64,000 nucleotides of DNA from Terriglobia bacterium (GTDB taxonomy: Bacteria > Acidobacteriota > Terriglobia > 20CM-2-55-15): assembly GCA_965198225.1 (NCBI GenBank), contig CBDAOY010000006.1, forward strand, positions 960,001 through 1,024,000, read 5' to 3'. Within the stretch, counting starts at the first letter, position 1; every line of letters begins with the position of its first letter. Of this stretch, positions 52,480-62,350 are shown one piece after another. Position numbers and translations under genes: made by a program. Under the pieces are notes generated by a model that was not told where the DNA came from, ran no database searches, and saw only the letters and a program-made list of their open reading frames with translations.

Positions 52480-52890
52480 GGATAGCAAGAATCTCTCCTT
52501 CTGAAAGCACTTCGGGTACCTCGCGGGCTCTGCCGGTGGGTAGTCCCCCTAGCTCCCGCTGTTTCCGTAACTTCATCCAAGACCCAATCGAACCAGATCT
52601 CTGCTTCTGGCGAGCAGGCTTCACAGCCGAGGATTCGGGACTTGAGCCTAAAACGGGTGGCGCGGCTCACTGCAATGAGGTTGTTGCAACGAACATAACG
52701 ATTGTGACAGTTAACGCCGCGACGGGTCAGGCATTCCCCCAAGTAGTGTCCTGCGAAGCCTGCAACCTGAACGGTGCAGAGATCCCGTTCGACTGGGTGC
52801 TGGACGAGGTCACTGGCCACGGTGGAGTCACAACCGATTACCTGTTGGTGGAAGCCCGGAGGTGCCCAGCGTGCGTGGCGGTCGTCAGCA
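52480..52890. pseudogene. Two divergent remnants of one small CxxC protein family
   Basis: CEAC..AEI.FDWVLDEVT is encoded on both strands (about 52565-52630 minus; about 52750-52815 plus). Confidence 0.6.
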
Positions 52891-52893
52891 GCT

Positions 52894-53133
52894 TCACATT
52901 TGGGGTCCGAGGAAAACAATCCGTTCTTCGGTGCCATCGTTCTGGACAAGCTTGAAGCTCGATCCCTCCATCGTCTTTTGAGCGATGAACTCATAGAGGC
53001 GCAGTGCGTTGCGGATCACGACCGCTTTGCTTTCACCCTCTACAAGATCCTCTAAGCGTTCCAGTCGATCGTAGAACCGCGGTGTGAGATCAAGCGTAAT
53101 TCTCTTGGTCGGTTCCCTCTTTCGCACTGGCAT
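52894..53133 (-). CDS. Ribbon-helix-helix DNA-binding protein
   Basis: KRITLDL....YDRLERL......SKAVVIRNALRLY. Confidence 0.7.
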   Translation of the reverse strand: MPVRKREPTKRITLDLTPRFYDRLERLEDLVEGESKAVVIRNALRLYEFIAQKTMEGSSFKLVQNDGTEERIVFLGPQM

Positions 53134-53151
53134 CGATACTCTCCTGTGCTC

Positions 53152-53418
53152 CTACGGCGGGCGCTCGACAGCTCCTCTCAGCGCCCAAGCGAACGCCGCT
53201 GAGATGAGGTTCGTTGCCCACGTGAGGAGTTTGTCTAGAGTGCCTTCATCTGCGGTCCATAAAGCATTCGCAGTCAGAAGTAATACAAGGACGGCGGCTA
53301 AGACGATCACGCCGCGAGTGATGGACGTCCGGGTGGCCGTTGGCGAAACCGAGGCCGTCAAGTCGCCCGGCCATTCTTCGCCCACGTGTAGTTTTGCCTT
53401 CCACCGGTGGCGTTTCAT
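53152..53418 (-). CDS. Small membrane protein
   Basis: Two hydrophobic segments; codirectional with the RHH gene. Confidence 0.4.
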   Translation of the reverse strand: MKRHRWKAKLHVGEEWPGDLTASVSPTATRTSITRGVIVLAAVLVLLLTANALWTADEGTLDKLLTWATNLISAAFAWALRGAVERPP

Positions 53419-53701
53419 TCCACACCTCCGCGGCCGCTCGTTTCGTCCGGCTCAGATTGTGCTCGGCATTACGAGTAGCCGCTGATAAAGCCTCTGAAAT
53501 CACGTCGATTCACTGTTAACTCCTTTTGTTTGGTTGGTATGGGGGATCGTTCGAGTGGGGTAGGTTCCTTACTTGGTGGTTTGATTCAGTCATCTGGACC
53601 ATTAATTTTTACTGCAAAACACAGTATGAAGTCAACGGAAATTCCAGGCCGCCACCTCAGGAGCTTTAGATTCCGGCGCTTGACGTTGGCGTTTCTTGCA
53701 A

Positions 53702-54481
53702 TCATCTCCGGCTTCCGTGCCCAAAGAGCCGTCGAATCTCCTCGTGCATCGCCTCGCGGCCTTTCTCCACCCCGATCCCCAGAACGTCGAGTGCCTCGAT
53801 GACATGCTGTTCCTTCGGGTCGGTCGCTTTGGGCGGGTCCCCGGCCGCCTCCACCCACACTCCGGCCTTCTCCTCGTAGTAATCCTCGAGTTCGGGGTAG
53901 AACTCTGAAGTTACCGTGACGAAGTCGAGGTTCTCCTGGCGTTCCGCGTGCGTCTCGGCGCCGGCACCCACGCGGAGGCCTTCGAGGAACCCATCTGGTC
54001 CGCGGTCCTCTGCGTGCTCGATCAGGTGGATCAGCTCGCCCATCGTCAAGGGTTGGTCGGACGACACAGGCTCGCAGGCGTAGACGGTCTCGTACTCATC
54101 GACCACTCGGTAGTGGATCTTTGACCCGGCGGGTCTGGCCCGGACGCTGATCACGTCGGCCGTCGTGGACTGCAGGGAGCTGCGGGCGATCTCGACCTCG
54201 CCCTCTTCGAGGCCTGGGAGGTACTCTCCGCCCATCAACGTGGGATGGATCGAGGCAAAGAACTCCCGCTCCTCGTCGGTCAGCTCGGCCGAGAGCATCC
54301 AGTCCTGGATCTCGTGGACGTCGCCACGTTCGAGAAGCTCCTGGACCTGCCGGCGGCGGCGTTCGCCTTTGATGGAGGACAGAAAGGAGGAGATCGGGTT
54401 GTCCCAGTATGAGGCTGGGCGATACCCGCGGAGGATCACTCCCGCCAAGTTCCGTCGTGGTTCCAAGGGTGAACCTTCCAA
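53702..54481 (-). CDS. Hypothetical protein
   Basis: Acidic 259-aa ORF with IHPTLMGGEYLP, YRVVDEYET and SEFYPEL blocks. Confidence 0.65.
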   Translation of the reverse strand: MEGSPLEPRRNLAGVILRGYRPASYWDNPISSFLSSIKGERRRRQVQELLERGDVHEIQDWMLSAELTDEEREFFASIHPTLMGGEYLPGLEEGEVEIARSSLQSTTADVISVRARPAGSKIHYRVVDEYETVYACEPVSSDQPLTMGELIHLIEHAEDRGPDGFLEGLRVGAGAETHAERQENLDFVTVTSEFYPELEDYYEEKAGVWVEAAGDPPKATDPKEQHVIEALDVLGIGVEKGREAMHEEIRRLFGHGSRR

Positions 54482-54792
54482 ATTCCCAGATAGTCCAACA
54501 GTTCCGTGAGCAAGCTCACCTCATACTCTGAGAACCAACCCTCTGCCAGGCATCGCTCGTCTGCCTGATGTCCAGCATCGAATGCGGTGCTAACGGGCAT
54601 TTCCACGAGCGGATTACCGGAAGGGCAGGGCTGGAGACACCAAGGCGCGTAGAAGGTGTGGATCTCCTCGCACACCTGGACCGGGAGATCGGGAGACATG
54701 CCCCCGACGATCCTGATCTGGCTGATTAGAAGCGTGCCAATAAGCACAACGGCCACCGCGGTAATGCCTGCGGCTCGAAGTTTTTCGAACAT
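54436..54792 (-). CDS. Hypothetical membrane-anchored protein
   Basis: N-terminal TM helix, several Cys. Confidence 0.45.
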   Translation of the reverse strand: MFEKLRAAGITAVAVVLIGTLLISQIRIVGGMSPDLPVQVCEEIHTFYAPWCLQPCPSGNPLVEMPVSTAFDAGHQADERCLAEGWFSEYEVSLLTELLDYLGIWKVHPWNHDGTWRE

Positions 54793-54942
54793 AGTGATTT
54801 CGTGGTTGTTTGGTGGCAGAGATCGCTATTCCGCCCTGATACATGGAACGAGCTATCTGTCTTCAATTCAGTCGTCTACAGGGATAGTACGATCGTATAC
54901 AGTCGTGGTCAACTAAGTTGCGACTACTTACGCTCGGTCGCA

Positions 54943-55158
54943 ATGACCGACAAGAGGTTGATGCGGTTGGTGGGCCAGCGTGTTAGGGAGCTCAGGAGGG
55001 AGCGCGGCCTGACTCAAGAGGACATGACCCGCTTCGGCTTCACGTCTCGTCCCTACCAACGAATTGAACACGGTGAGAGGAATTTGACCTTGAAGACGCT
55101 GAACAAGCTGGCGGAGGCGTTTGAGGTGTCAATTGCGGAGCTTCTTCCGCGTGACTGA
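54943..55158 (+). CDS. XRE-family HTH regulator
   Basis: VGQRVRELRRERGLTQED...IEHGERNLTLKTLNKLAEAFEV. Confidence 0.88.
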   Translation: MTDKRLMRLVGQRVRELRRERGLTQEDMTRFGFTSRPYQRIEHGERNLTLKTLNKLAEAFEVSIAELLPRD

Positions 55159-55167
55159 GGTGGACTC

Positions 55168-56448
55168 ATGCAACGAGCAAGACAGTTTGTAGGGCTTCAC
55201 GACCGGTTGACGGATCATCTGGCTCAGTTAGTCGGGACGAAGGAAACGGTTCCGGTCTCTGATCTGATCACCCGCGCGGCGGAGCGGGATTCGGCAATCC
55301 GAGAGTTCGAGCCCCAGTTGAGGAAGTTCGATGCGATGATGTCCTTCCTTATCCCGGACAGGCGATTTCCAGAGCACGTTCAAATGGAACCCACGCAGGA
55401 GGTGTTAGAACGCTTCTACGACGTGGTCCATACAGTGATTTCGCCGACCCGACTGTCGCCGACCTTCGACAAACCTCTGCGGTGTTTCTCACCAGCCGAC
55501 CCGCTAACAGAAGCATTGAAGGCGATGGAGGAGGGCGACTTTTCGCAGGTTGTCGTAAGAACCAACGGCGAGATGGAGATCCTCACCCACGATGGCATAT
55601 CTCGATGGCTTGAGAGACAAGCGCGAAGGGGGATTCCCAAGGTCGAGAAAGCCACCATCGGGGATGCGCTTGCGTTCGACCCGCCCGAGAACTTCGCCGT
55701 GATGTCGGGAACCCAGAGCATTTTCGAGGCACAACAGGCCCTCGAACACGGCCTGGACCAGCGGAAGCCTAGGGTGGCGGCGGTGATCGTGACCAAGACA
55801 GGACAGAAGACCGAGAAGCCGATCGGGATCGCGACGCCGTGGGATTTGAGCTATATGTTCGCCCTGAAGGGCGAGGCCTGGGTCGGGGTGTACGCGGGTA
55901 CGGATTTCGCGATCCGCGATGGCAAGGGGCCGCAGTATCTATCGCATCTCCTCCGGACGCCGCATCGTTGGATGACCGCCATGCAGTTGGTGTTCGCCGT
56001 GGAGGGGCTTCATGCACTTGACTCTGAGACCAGCAGAGGACATCGAACGGGGAACGCCAAAATCCACGATGATCAAGGGTCAGTAGGCCCCGCTGGACCG
56101 GTCGACAGCGGCCCCGATGCCGAAGCCGTCAGGGAATACCGAAAACAGGTCCGAGAATTACGGAGTGACTTGAGAGAAGCCGACGCCTACAATGACGCTC
56201 CTCGGATATCGCGGCTCCGTTACAAGATTCGCTTCCTCGAAGACGAACTCAAAAGGGCCGGGCAAAAACGAGTGAGCCCTGAACTCGAGCGAGCCCGGGT
56301 GAACGTCACGAAACAGATCAAAGGCGTCATCCGTCGCATACGCAAACAGAGCCCCGCCCTTGCCCGCCACCTTGACCAGACCGTGAAGACCGGTTACTCC
56401 TGCGCTTACCGCCCGGACCCGAATAACCCGCCGATCTGGCAGTTCTAA
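55168..56448 (+). CDS. CBS-pair protein with a C-terminal wHTH/coiled-coil regulator-type domain
   Basis: ALKAM....FSQVVV, PIGIATPWDL (CBS); YLSHLL..P...ERARVNVTK.I...I..I....PALARHL..TVKTG..C.Y.P. Confidence 0.7.
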   Translation: MQRARQFVGLHDRLTDHLAQLVGTKETVPVSDLITRAAERDSAIREFEPQLRKFDAMMSFLIPDRRFPEHVQMEPTQEVLERFYDVVHTVISPTRLSPTFDKPLRCFSPADPLTEALKAMEEGDFSQVVVRTNGEMEILTHDGISRWLERQARRGIPKVEKATIGDALAFDPPENFAVMSGTQSIFEAQQALEHGLDQRKPRVAAVIVTKTGQKTEKPIGIATPWDLSYMFALKGEAWVGVYAGTDFAIRDGKGPQYLSHLLRTPHRWMTAMQLVFAVEGLHALDSETSRGHRTGNAKIHDDQGSVGPAGPVDSGPDAEAVREYRKQVRELRSDLREADAYNDAPRISRLRYKIRFLEDELKRAGQKRVSPELERARVNVTKQIKGVIRRIRKQSPALARHLDQTVKTGYSCAYRPDPNNPPIWQF

Positions 56449-56562
56449 CTCCATAAAAAGCCGTCTTTGATTGTTCCAAACGACGGAACACTGTGCCCTC
56501 CGTCCGCACATCGATTGTTCCCTCCTGATTCACCCTAAGTAATTGAAGGGGGGTGAGTAACG

Positions 56563-56673
56563 ATGCAATCGAATCGAAAGAATGTGCTGACAGTGGAAGA
56601 GGTGGCTCAGCTTTTGGGTGTTCCGGCGACCGTCATCCGGAAGTCGATCGGTCCGCTAGAGGACGACGACTAA
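56563..56673 (+). CDS. Short excisionase-like HTH peptide
   Basis: 36 aa, VLTVEEVAQLLGV; below the ORF-track size cutoff. Confidence 0.45.
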   Translation: MQSNRKNVLTVEEVAQLLGVPATVIRKSIGPLEDDD

Positions 56674-56704
56674 ACCAAACAACTTCAAAACAGGAGAAAA
56701 AGAA

Positions 56705-57016
56705 ATGAACCACATCAAACGACGTTTCATCGGTGACTGGGTCTTCCAGTCGGGTAACGACATTACCGTCTACTTCGAGGAGATCCCGGGCGACGGCACC
56801 TACATCGGACAGCTAGACGTTCGGTGGGAGCGGGTTCCGCCGTCGGAGGCCGATCTCGCCGAGTATCTGGAGAAAATTCTTGGCGAGATAGCTCTGAAGG
56901 TCTTCGAACTCTGCCCGCAAATCCCGCTTTTCTGCGATCGGCCGAATCCCAAAGGACCGGCGGTCCTCGTCGTCAACCCCTCAATCCGATTGGGCGAAAC
57001 GGAGGAAGTCCGATGA
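56705..57016 (+). CDS. Hypothetical protein
   Basis: AGGAG RBS; ATGA overlap with the next gene. Confidence 0.6.
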   Translation: MNHIKRRFIGDWVFQSGNDITVYFEEIPGDGTYIGQLDVRWERVPPSEADLAEYLEKILGEIALKVFELCPQIPLFCDRPNPKGPAVLVVNPSIRLGETEEVR

Positions 57017-57657
57017 AGAACAAACTCACTGTTGTTGATCTCGAAACGTTCCTGGCCGAAGCAGCCAACCCCATCGGCGAAGTCTACGAGATCGATCAGA
57101 CCATCGACGCCTTCGAACCCCCCGAGCCCGTTCCCGAGGGGGCCTACCTCGTGCGTGTGAAGTTGAAGCGGGGCCGCCCCGAGCCGATCAAAAAAACGGT
57201 TTCGCGGAAGGGCATCCGCTACTCGGCCATACCTCTCGAGACCGAGATCATCCAACCCCTGCAAGCGGGCTGCGGGCACGCAGAGGGCCGCATCGTGTGG
57301 GACGTCGTCAACACGAGGCCATATCGACAAGACGGGTACGAGCGGTCGGGGATCGCTCGTCTCCTCGACGTGCTCGGCGTGGATCGATCCGCCCTGCGTG
57401 GGAACAAGGCTCTAAGAGCACTGGTCGAGGCGCTCAAGCGGGAGCCGATCGTCCGGATCGACATCCGGTGGCGGGCATACAGCTCCAGGGACGGCAAGGT
57501 GCTTGCGCGGCGAGCAAGCCACTTCCCCATCGACAAGAACGGCCGCCGCCAACGGTGGATCTACCACACCAATGGCGAACGGGTCTGGGCCGAGGCCCAG
57601 ATCATCCGGTATCTGCCGGTCACGGACGGTACCCAACCATCAACCCTCAATACGTAA
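57013..57657 (+). CDS. Phage-type OB-fold/SSB-like (DUF669-like) protein
   Basis: Start MKNKL; PVPEGAYLVRV motif. Confidence 0.5.
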   Translation: MKNKLTVVDLETFLAEAANPIGEVYEIDQTIDAFEPPEPVPEGAYLVRVKLKRGRPEPIKKTVSRKGIRYSAIPLETEIIQPLQAGCGHAEGRIVWDVVNTRPYRQDGYERSGIARLLDVLGVDRSALRGNKALRALVEALKREPIVRIDIRWRAYSSRDGKVLARRASHFPIDKNGRRQRWIYHTNGERVWAEAQIIRYLPVTDGTQPSTLNT

Positions 57658-57672
57658 TAAGGAGACAAGAAA

Positions 57673-58005
57673 ATGAAGACAGAAATCTTGAACATTCTTC
57701 CCGCGACCGATTGGTACGCGGTGTCTGAGTTCAGCTACGACAGATCTTCCTGGGTTCGAGCCGTCGCGGTTTGGGTCGTCAACAAACTCGACGACGGCAC
57801 CCTCCAGCTTCGGGGACTCGATTCAGAGGGCTTCCTGGACGAAGCGCCGGGGTTCTTCCATTACATAAGAATACCGGACGAAGACCCCCTTCAGTACATA
57901 ACGGGTTTCGAGCTCAAAAGTCGCCTCCAGAAGTTGAAGGACTTAGGAAGAGAAAGAAAAGGCGAGACCTCCGCTGTAACGAAGGGCTCGCCTGAGAACA
58001 ACTAA
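57673..58005 (+). CDS. Hypothetical protein
   Basis: AAGGAG RBS; ILPATDWYAV. Confidence 0.6.
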   Translation: MKTEILNILPATDWYAVSEFSYDRSSWVRAVAVWVVNKLDDGTLQLRGLDSEGFLDEAPGFFHYIRIPDEDPLQYITGFELKSRLQKLKDLGRERKGETSAVTKGSPENN

Positions 58006-58087
58006 TCATTGTCCACCGCGCACCTGACGATGCGTGGCAACTTCGATGCTGCCATGTGTTCGTCGGGTGCGGCAAGGAGAATTCAGC

Positions 58088-59719
58088 ATGAAGAAGTCCA
58101 ACAGCGAACCCGACTCTCGCGGAGCGATGAAGGGTCTACAGAACATACTCCGAAGGGGGATTAGCTCGATCCTTCGACTTTCGTCGTCGTCGGACAACAC
58201 AATGGCCCTAGTAAAGCCGGCACAGAGCTTATTCACTATGCCAACGGCCGAATCGTCCCTCGTTGTCGGGTTACCCGAACAAGGTGGTCCGCCAATCCAG
58301 GCCACTGATCCCAAAGTTCTGGGCGAGTATTACCTCAGGGAAATCGCCAAGAACCTGAACATTGACCAAACACTGCGCTACTCCGTCATCAAGTACTGGA
58401 GGGAAGCGTGGTGGCGGTGGAATGGCCGCCGCCACGTTCCCCTGCCAGCGGGGGAACTGCGTGCTCACATGACAGAGGTCATCCGACCGCTCGTCGTTGG
58501 GTTGGCGGCGAAGCTGGACTGCAAGAGCGTACCCCTGATCACACGGGCAACCATTTCGAACGTCTTCCAGGCGATGAGTGGAGCTGTCTTGCTCCCGAAC
58601 GAATCTGAATCGCCCTGTTGGCTCGGAGAGTCGAATTCGTCTGAAGTCCATCTCTCGATGCAAAACGGGTTACTGAACCTAGACGGGCTACTCGACGGGA
58701 GACACGCCCCTCTAATCCCACACACGCCAGAGTATTTCACGCAGGTCGCGTTTCCATACCCCTACGAACCTGGAGCCACCTGCGATGACTGGCTCGAATT
58801 CCTCAACCAAGTATTAGAAGGCGATACCGACCGGATCGCGCTCCTACGGGAGTGGTTCGGCTACTGCCTGATCTACGACCTTACTCAGCACAAGTTTCTC
58901 GTGATGGAGGGGGAAGGGGCCAACGGGAAGAGCGTCGTTTGCGAAATCTTCACGGCGATGCTCGGTTCTGAGAATGTCTCTCACGTACCCCTCGAGATGT
59001 TTGGTGAGCGCTTCCAACTGACGCCCACACTGGGGAAGATCGCCAACATCGTTGCTGAGATTGGCGAAGTAGATCGTGTTGCTGAGGGTTTCCTCAAGCA
59101 GTTCACTTCGGGTGACCGGATGTACTTCGACCGCAAGGGTATCCAAGGAGTCGACGCCTATCCAACCGCCCGTCTTGTATTCGCGACGAACCAGAGGCCC
59201 CGGTTTAGAGATCGTTCAAGGGGGCTCTGGCGACGCATGATCCTCATGCCGTTCAGGGTCCAGATTCCAGATGAGCAGCAGGACAAGAAATTGCCAGAGA
59301 AACTCAAGCGAGAGCTCCCCGGGATATTCAACTGGGCCGTTGAGGGTCTCAGGCGGCTGAGGGAGAAGGGCTACTTCACTGAGCCGTCGATATGCAAGGA
59401 AGCACTCGGTGAGTATCGCCTCGAGAGCAACCCGGCAAGGGTGTTCCTGTTGGGGCACTTTGTGGAGGACCCCGCGGCATCCGTCGACGTGCAGTTCGCT
59501 TACGACGCTTATCGCGATTGGGCCGAGACGAACGGCTACCGGGGCTTGAACGCTTCCGAGTTCGGCAAGGAAGTCAGGCGGGCTTTTCCGAAGGTTCAAA
59601 AGAAGAAGCGAGGGGCCAGGGACGCGCGGCGTTTCCAATACGTCGCTCTTCGGGGAATACCGATAGGCGTCGAGCTGGTTGACGTGAACGAGGAAATGCG
59701 GTCGGACCCCGCGGCGTAG
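58088..59719 (+). CDS. P4/D5-family SF3 helicase (primase-helicase C-terminal module)
   Basis: NGLLNL..PHTPEYF, WLEFL, GEGANGKS, FATNQRP, WRRMILMPF, GIFNWAVEG. Confidence 0.9.
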   Translation: MKKSNSEPDSRGAMKGLQNILRRGISSILRLSSSSDNTMALVKPAQSLFTMPTAESSLVVGLPEQGGPPIQATDPKVLGEYYLREIAKNLNIDQTLRYSVIKYWREAWWRWNGRRHVPLPAGELRAHMTEVIRPLVVGLAAKLDCKSVPLITRATISNVFQAMSGAVLLPNESESPCWLGESNSSEVHLSMQNGLLNLDGLLDGRHAPLIPHTPEYFTQVAFPYPYEPGATCDDWLEFLNQVLEGDTDRIALLREWFGYCLIYDLTQHKFLVMEGEGANGKSVVCEIFTAMLGSENVSHVPLEMFGERFQLTPTLGKIANIVAEIGEVDRVAEGFLKQFTSGDRMYFDRKGIQGVDAYPTARLVFATNQRPRFRDRSRGLWRRMILMPFRVQIPDEQQDKKLPEKLKRELPGIFNWAVEGLRRLREKGYFTEPSICKEALGEYRLESNPARVFLLGHFVEDPAASVDVQFAYDAYRDWAETNGYRGLNASEFGKEVRRAFPKVQKKKRGARDARRFQYVALRGIPIGVELVDVNEEMRSDPAA

Positions 59720-59720
59720 C

Positions 59721-59845
59721 CGTGTCACGGGTGGCACAGGTGTCACCACTTGTCTATTCAGCTTATACATAGACAAATAATGACGATTTCGTTGCCATTA
59801 GCCCGGATAGGAAAGCCCATGCCACGGGTGACACCAGTGACACAC
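59721..59845. repeat. GTGTCAC/GTGACAC iteron-like repeats (putative origin)
   Basis: Several direct and inverted GTG(T/G)CAC copies flank an AT-rich spacer right after the helicase. Confidence 0.5.
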
Positions 59846-59941
59846 ACACACGCACGGGAGTCACATATGGGACCCGCCGAGGGACCCAAGGAGATGGTGA
59901 CTACCCCACCCGGGTACCCCCCCCGTGAAAAGGAGAAAACA

Positions 59942-60193
59942 ATGAAAGGCAAAAAGTACCCAAAGATCATCGAGGAGCAGGCCTACATTGGCCGACGGAA
60001 GATCGCCCTGATCCTGGGCGCTCGTCTCTCTGACGAGGACCGGAAGGACATCGGTCAAGCTCGAAGGTTGATGGCCAAGGAGCGCAACTACAGGACCTTA
60101 GTAAAGAGGTGGCGTCGATACATCCTCGCTCTCAGGAAGGCCAACAATTTGCTCTTGAAAGCCGGCTCGGTGAAAGAGGAGAAACAGAAGTAA
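59942..60193 (+). CDS. Small basic hypothetical protein
   Basis: AAGGAG RBS before MKGKKYP. Confidence 0.55.
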   Translation: MKGKKYPKIIEEQAYIGRRKIALILGARLSDEDRKDIGQARRLMAKERNYRTLVKRWRRYILALRKANNLLLKAGSVKEEKQK

Positions 60194-60259
60194 TCCAACA
60201 ACCAGTCGTCGTCGAGTTGCAGCGATTGCCCGCGACGGAAAACAAGGAGCTAAAACGCT

Positions 60260-60508
60260 ATGTCGAAGGCATCCCACGAATCCACCACACAATCCCACGC
60301 TCGGTCCAACCGGCGCCCATTCTGGGACATCGATAAGCTGTCTCGGTATCTCGGAGTTGGGCAGACCTGGATCTACAACAGGACTCGGGTGAACGGTCCG
60401 GAGCTGATCCCCCACATCAAGGTAGGGAAGTACCTCCGGTTCGAGCCGGACTCCGAGAGCTTCCACGAGTGGCTTGAGGACCATCGAGTGGAGAAGTTCG
60501 TTGGGTGA
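60260..60508 (+). CDS. Excisionase/AlpA-like HTH
   Basis: LSRYLGVGQTWIY...IPHIKVGKYLRF. Confidence 0.75.
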   Translation: MSKASHESTTQSHARSNRRPFWDIDKLSRYLGVGQTWIYNRTRVNGPELIPHIKVGKYLRFEPDSESFHEWLEDHRVEKFVG

Positions 60509-60825
60509 CTGAACCAACGACCCTTCCCAAGGAAATGAGCCCGCAACACTTCCAAACGGCTGGGAACAGAATGGGAACAATTTCGATTGATGGGAACAGA
60601 TACCGTATATACAGTAATCGCGTGGCGCGACCTCCCAAGCCTGCGCATCTGCGGCGTTCCAAGATGCTGCCGATCCGCCTCACCGCCGACGAGTATGAAT
60701 CGTTGGCACGCGGATCGCAGCAGCTCGGCGTGAGCGTCTCGGATGTTCTGCGGCACGGGGCTGCGCTTTACATTGAGATGAAAAGCAAAGACGGGTCACC
60801 GAAGAGAAAGGAGAAACAACGATGA
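60505..60825 (+). CDS. RHH (CopG/MobC-like) protein
   Basis: IRLTADEYESL...S..LGVSVSDVLR; start uncertain. Confidence 0.55.
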   Translation: MTEPTTLPKEMSPQHFQTAGNRMGTISIDGNRYRIYSNRVARPPKPAHLRRSKMLPIRLTADEYESLARGSQQLGVSVSDVLRHGAALYIEMKSKDGSPKRKEKQR

Positions 60826-62012
60826 CTCGTCATTCTCAACAACGGGGTTACGTTTCAGATGCGATACGCACACGGAAGGGTATCGCTTACAAGATTCGGT
60901 ATCGAATCCGCGGTCCCGGCGGGACGTGGAAGCAGAAGTCGGAAACCTTGTACGGGCTTAAAGGAAAGAAGGCTGCTCGGCTAGTGTTGGCCGACCGTAT
61001 CAAGGATTCAAGCACGACGGTCATGGGTCACACGGAGCTGACTTTCGAGGAGTTCACTGAGCGTTTCTGGCAGCCTTACCTGGACAGGAAAAACGTGAAG
61101 CCGTCCACCCGACGGTCCTATCGTTCGATGCTCGATTTGCACATCCTACCAATTCTGGGCGAACTGCGGTTGAACGACGTGAGTCCACTGCATCTGGACG
61201 AATTGTTGCAAGCGCCCGGGGTGAGTTCGTGTTCCGCCAAGACCGTTCGTAATCTGGTCGGGCTGCTGGGCTCGATGTTTGCCCTAGCCGTGGATAGGGA
61301 TCTGGTAGTGAAATCTCCGGTCCGGAAAAGTCACAAGCCGACAGTCGAGAGGTTGGAGAAGCAGGTGTGGAGTCCAGATCAAGTGCGGCAGATCATCGAA
61401 GGTGTGGCGGAGATTTATCGGACCTTCTTTGTCTGTGCTGCCCTCACTGGTGCTCGGCTCGGGGAGTTACTTGCTTTGAAATGGTCGTGTTTTGATTTTC
61501 AGGCTCGCACCATTCGTATTGAGCGAAGCCTCTGGCAGGGTGAGCTTGGGAAACCGAAGACGAAGGGAAGTGTACGGACAATTGCTTTCGGCGAGATACT
61601 GGCCCAGGCGCTGACCAGTCACATGGAAGCATCGGTTCACATCGGGGCGGACGATTTCGTTTTCTGCAAGTTGGACGGCACTCCTTACCATCCTGACGTA
61701 CTAAGGAAGGACGTGCTGTACCCAACCCTTGATCGACTTCAAATCCCACGGCCTGTCCGAGCCTCAGGCTTCCATGCGTTCAGGCATTCGGCAGCGACGA
61801 TGGTCAGCGCCGAAACAGGGGATCTCAAACTGGCTCAGAAGCTGTTAGGGCATTCCCAGTTGGCGACTACCGCGGACGTTTACACTCACGTATTACGGGA
61901 GCAGGATGCGACGGCCGTGGAGGCGATCGAGAAGGCCGTTTTCCCAGAATCTGTTCCCAATTGTTCCAAAAACGGGTCCGATCCGACTTTGGGAACAAGT
62001 AGCGAAGTGTGA
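60822..62012 (+). CDS. Tyrosine integrase
   Basis: TGARLGELLAL, PKT, HAFRH, LGHS, VYTH catalytic set; adjacent to the tRNA. Confidence 0.95.
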   Translation: MTRHSQQRGYVSDAIRTRKGIAYKIRYRIRGPGGTWKQKSETLYGLKGKKAARLVLADRIKDSSTTVMGHTELTFEEFTERFWQPYLDRKNVKPSTRRSYRSMLDLHILPILGELRLNDVSPLHLDELLQAPGVSSCSAKTVRNLVGLLGSMFALAVDRDLVVKSPVRKSHKPTVERLEKQVWSPDQVRQIIEGVAEIYRTFFVCAALTGARLGELLALKWSCFDFQARTIRIERSLWQGELGKPKTKGSVRTIAFGEILAQALTSHMEASVHIGADDFVFCKLDGTPYHPDVLRKDVLYPTLDRLQIPRPVRASGFHAFRHSAATMVSAETGDLKLAQKLLGHSQLATTADVYTHVLREQDATAVEAIEKAVFPESVPNCSKNGSDPTLGTSSEV

Positions 62013-62040
62013 GTGATGAATGAGCTCATCCCCGCAAGGA

Positions 62041-62158
<118 letters not shown>

Positions 62159-62297
62159 TCAGTGTTCATTCAATATAGAAGGTCGATTGCCGATCGTCAA
62201 GTGCGGGAGGGGTGCGGGAGTGAAGTGATCAGTGAAGAAGTTCGTCGTGGAAACGACACAGGAGCGTTGCCACGCTCGAAGGTTCTACGCAATCTTT

Positions 62298-62320
62298 GTG
62301 CGGTCATAGACCGCACCTAC
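62298..62320. repeat. Single GTAG-type REP
   Basis: GTGCGGTCATAGACCGCACCTAC, identical to an arm at 6178. Confidence 0.8.
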
Positions 62321-62350
62321 ACCTGTCCGCGGGTTCTTGCGTACAACGCT

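Noticed and set aside
60822-62012. Integrase as the integron IntI
   Set aside because: Phage-type architecture next to the tRNA att site; no IntI-specific insertion recognised; far from the array
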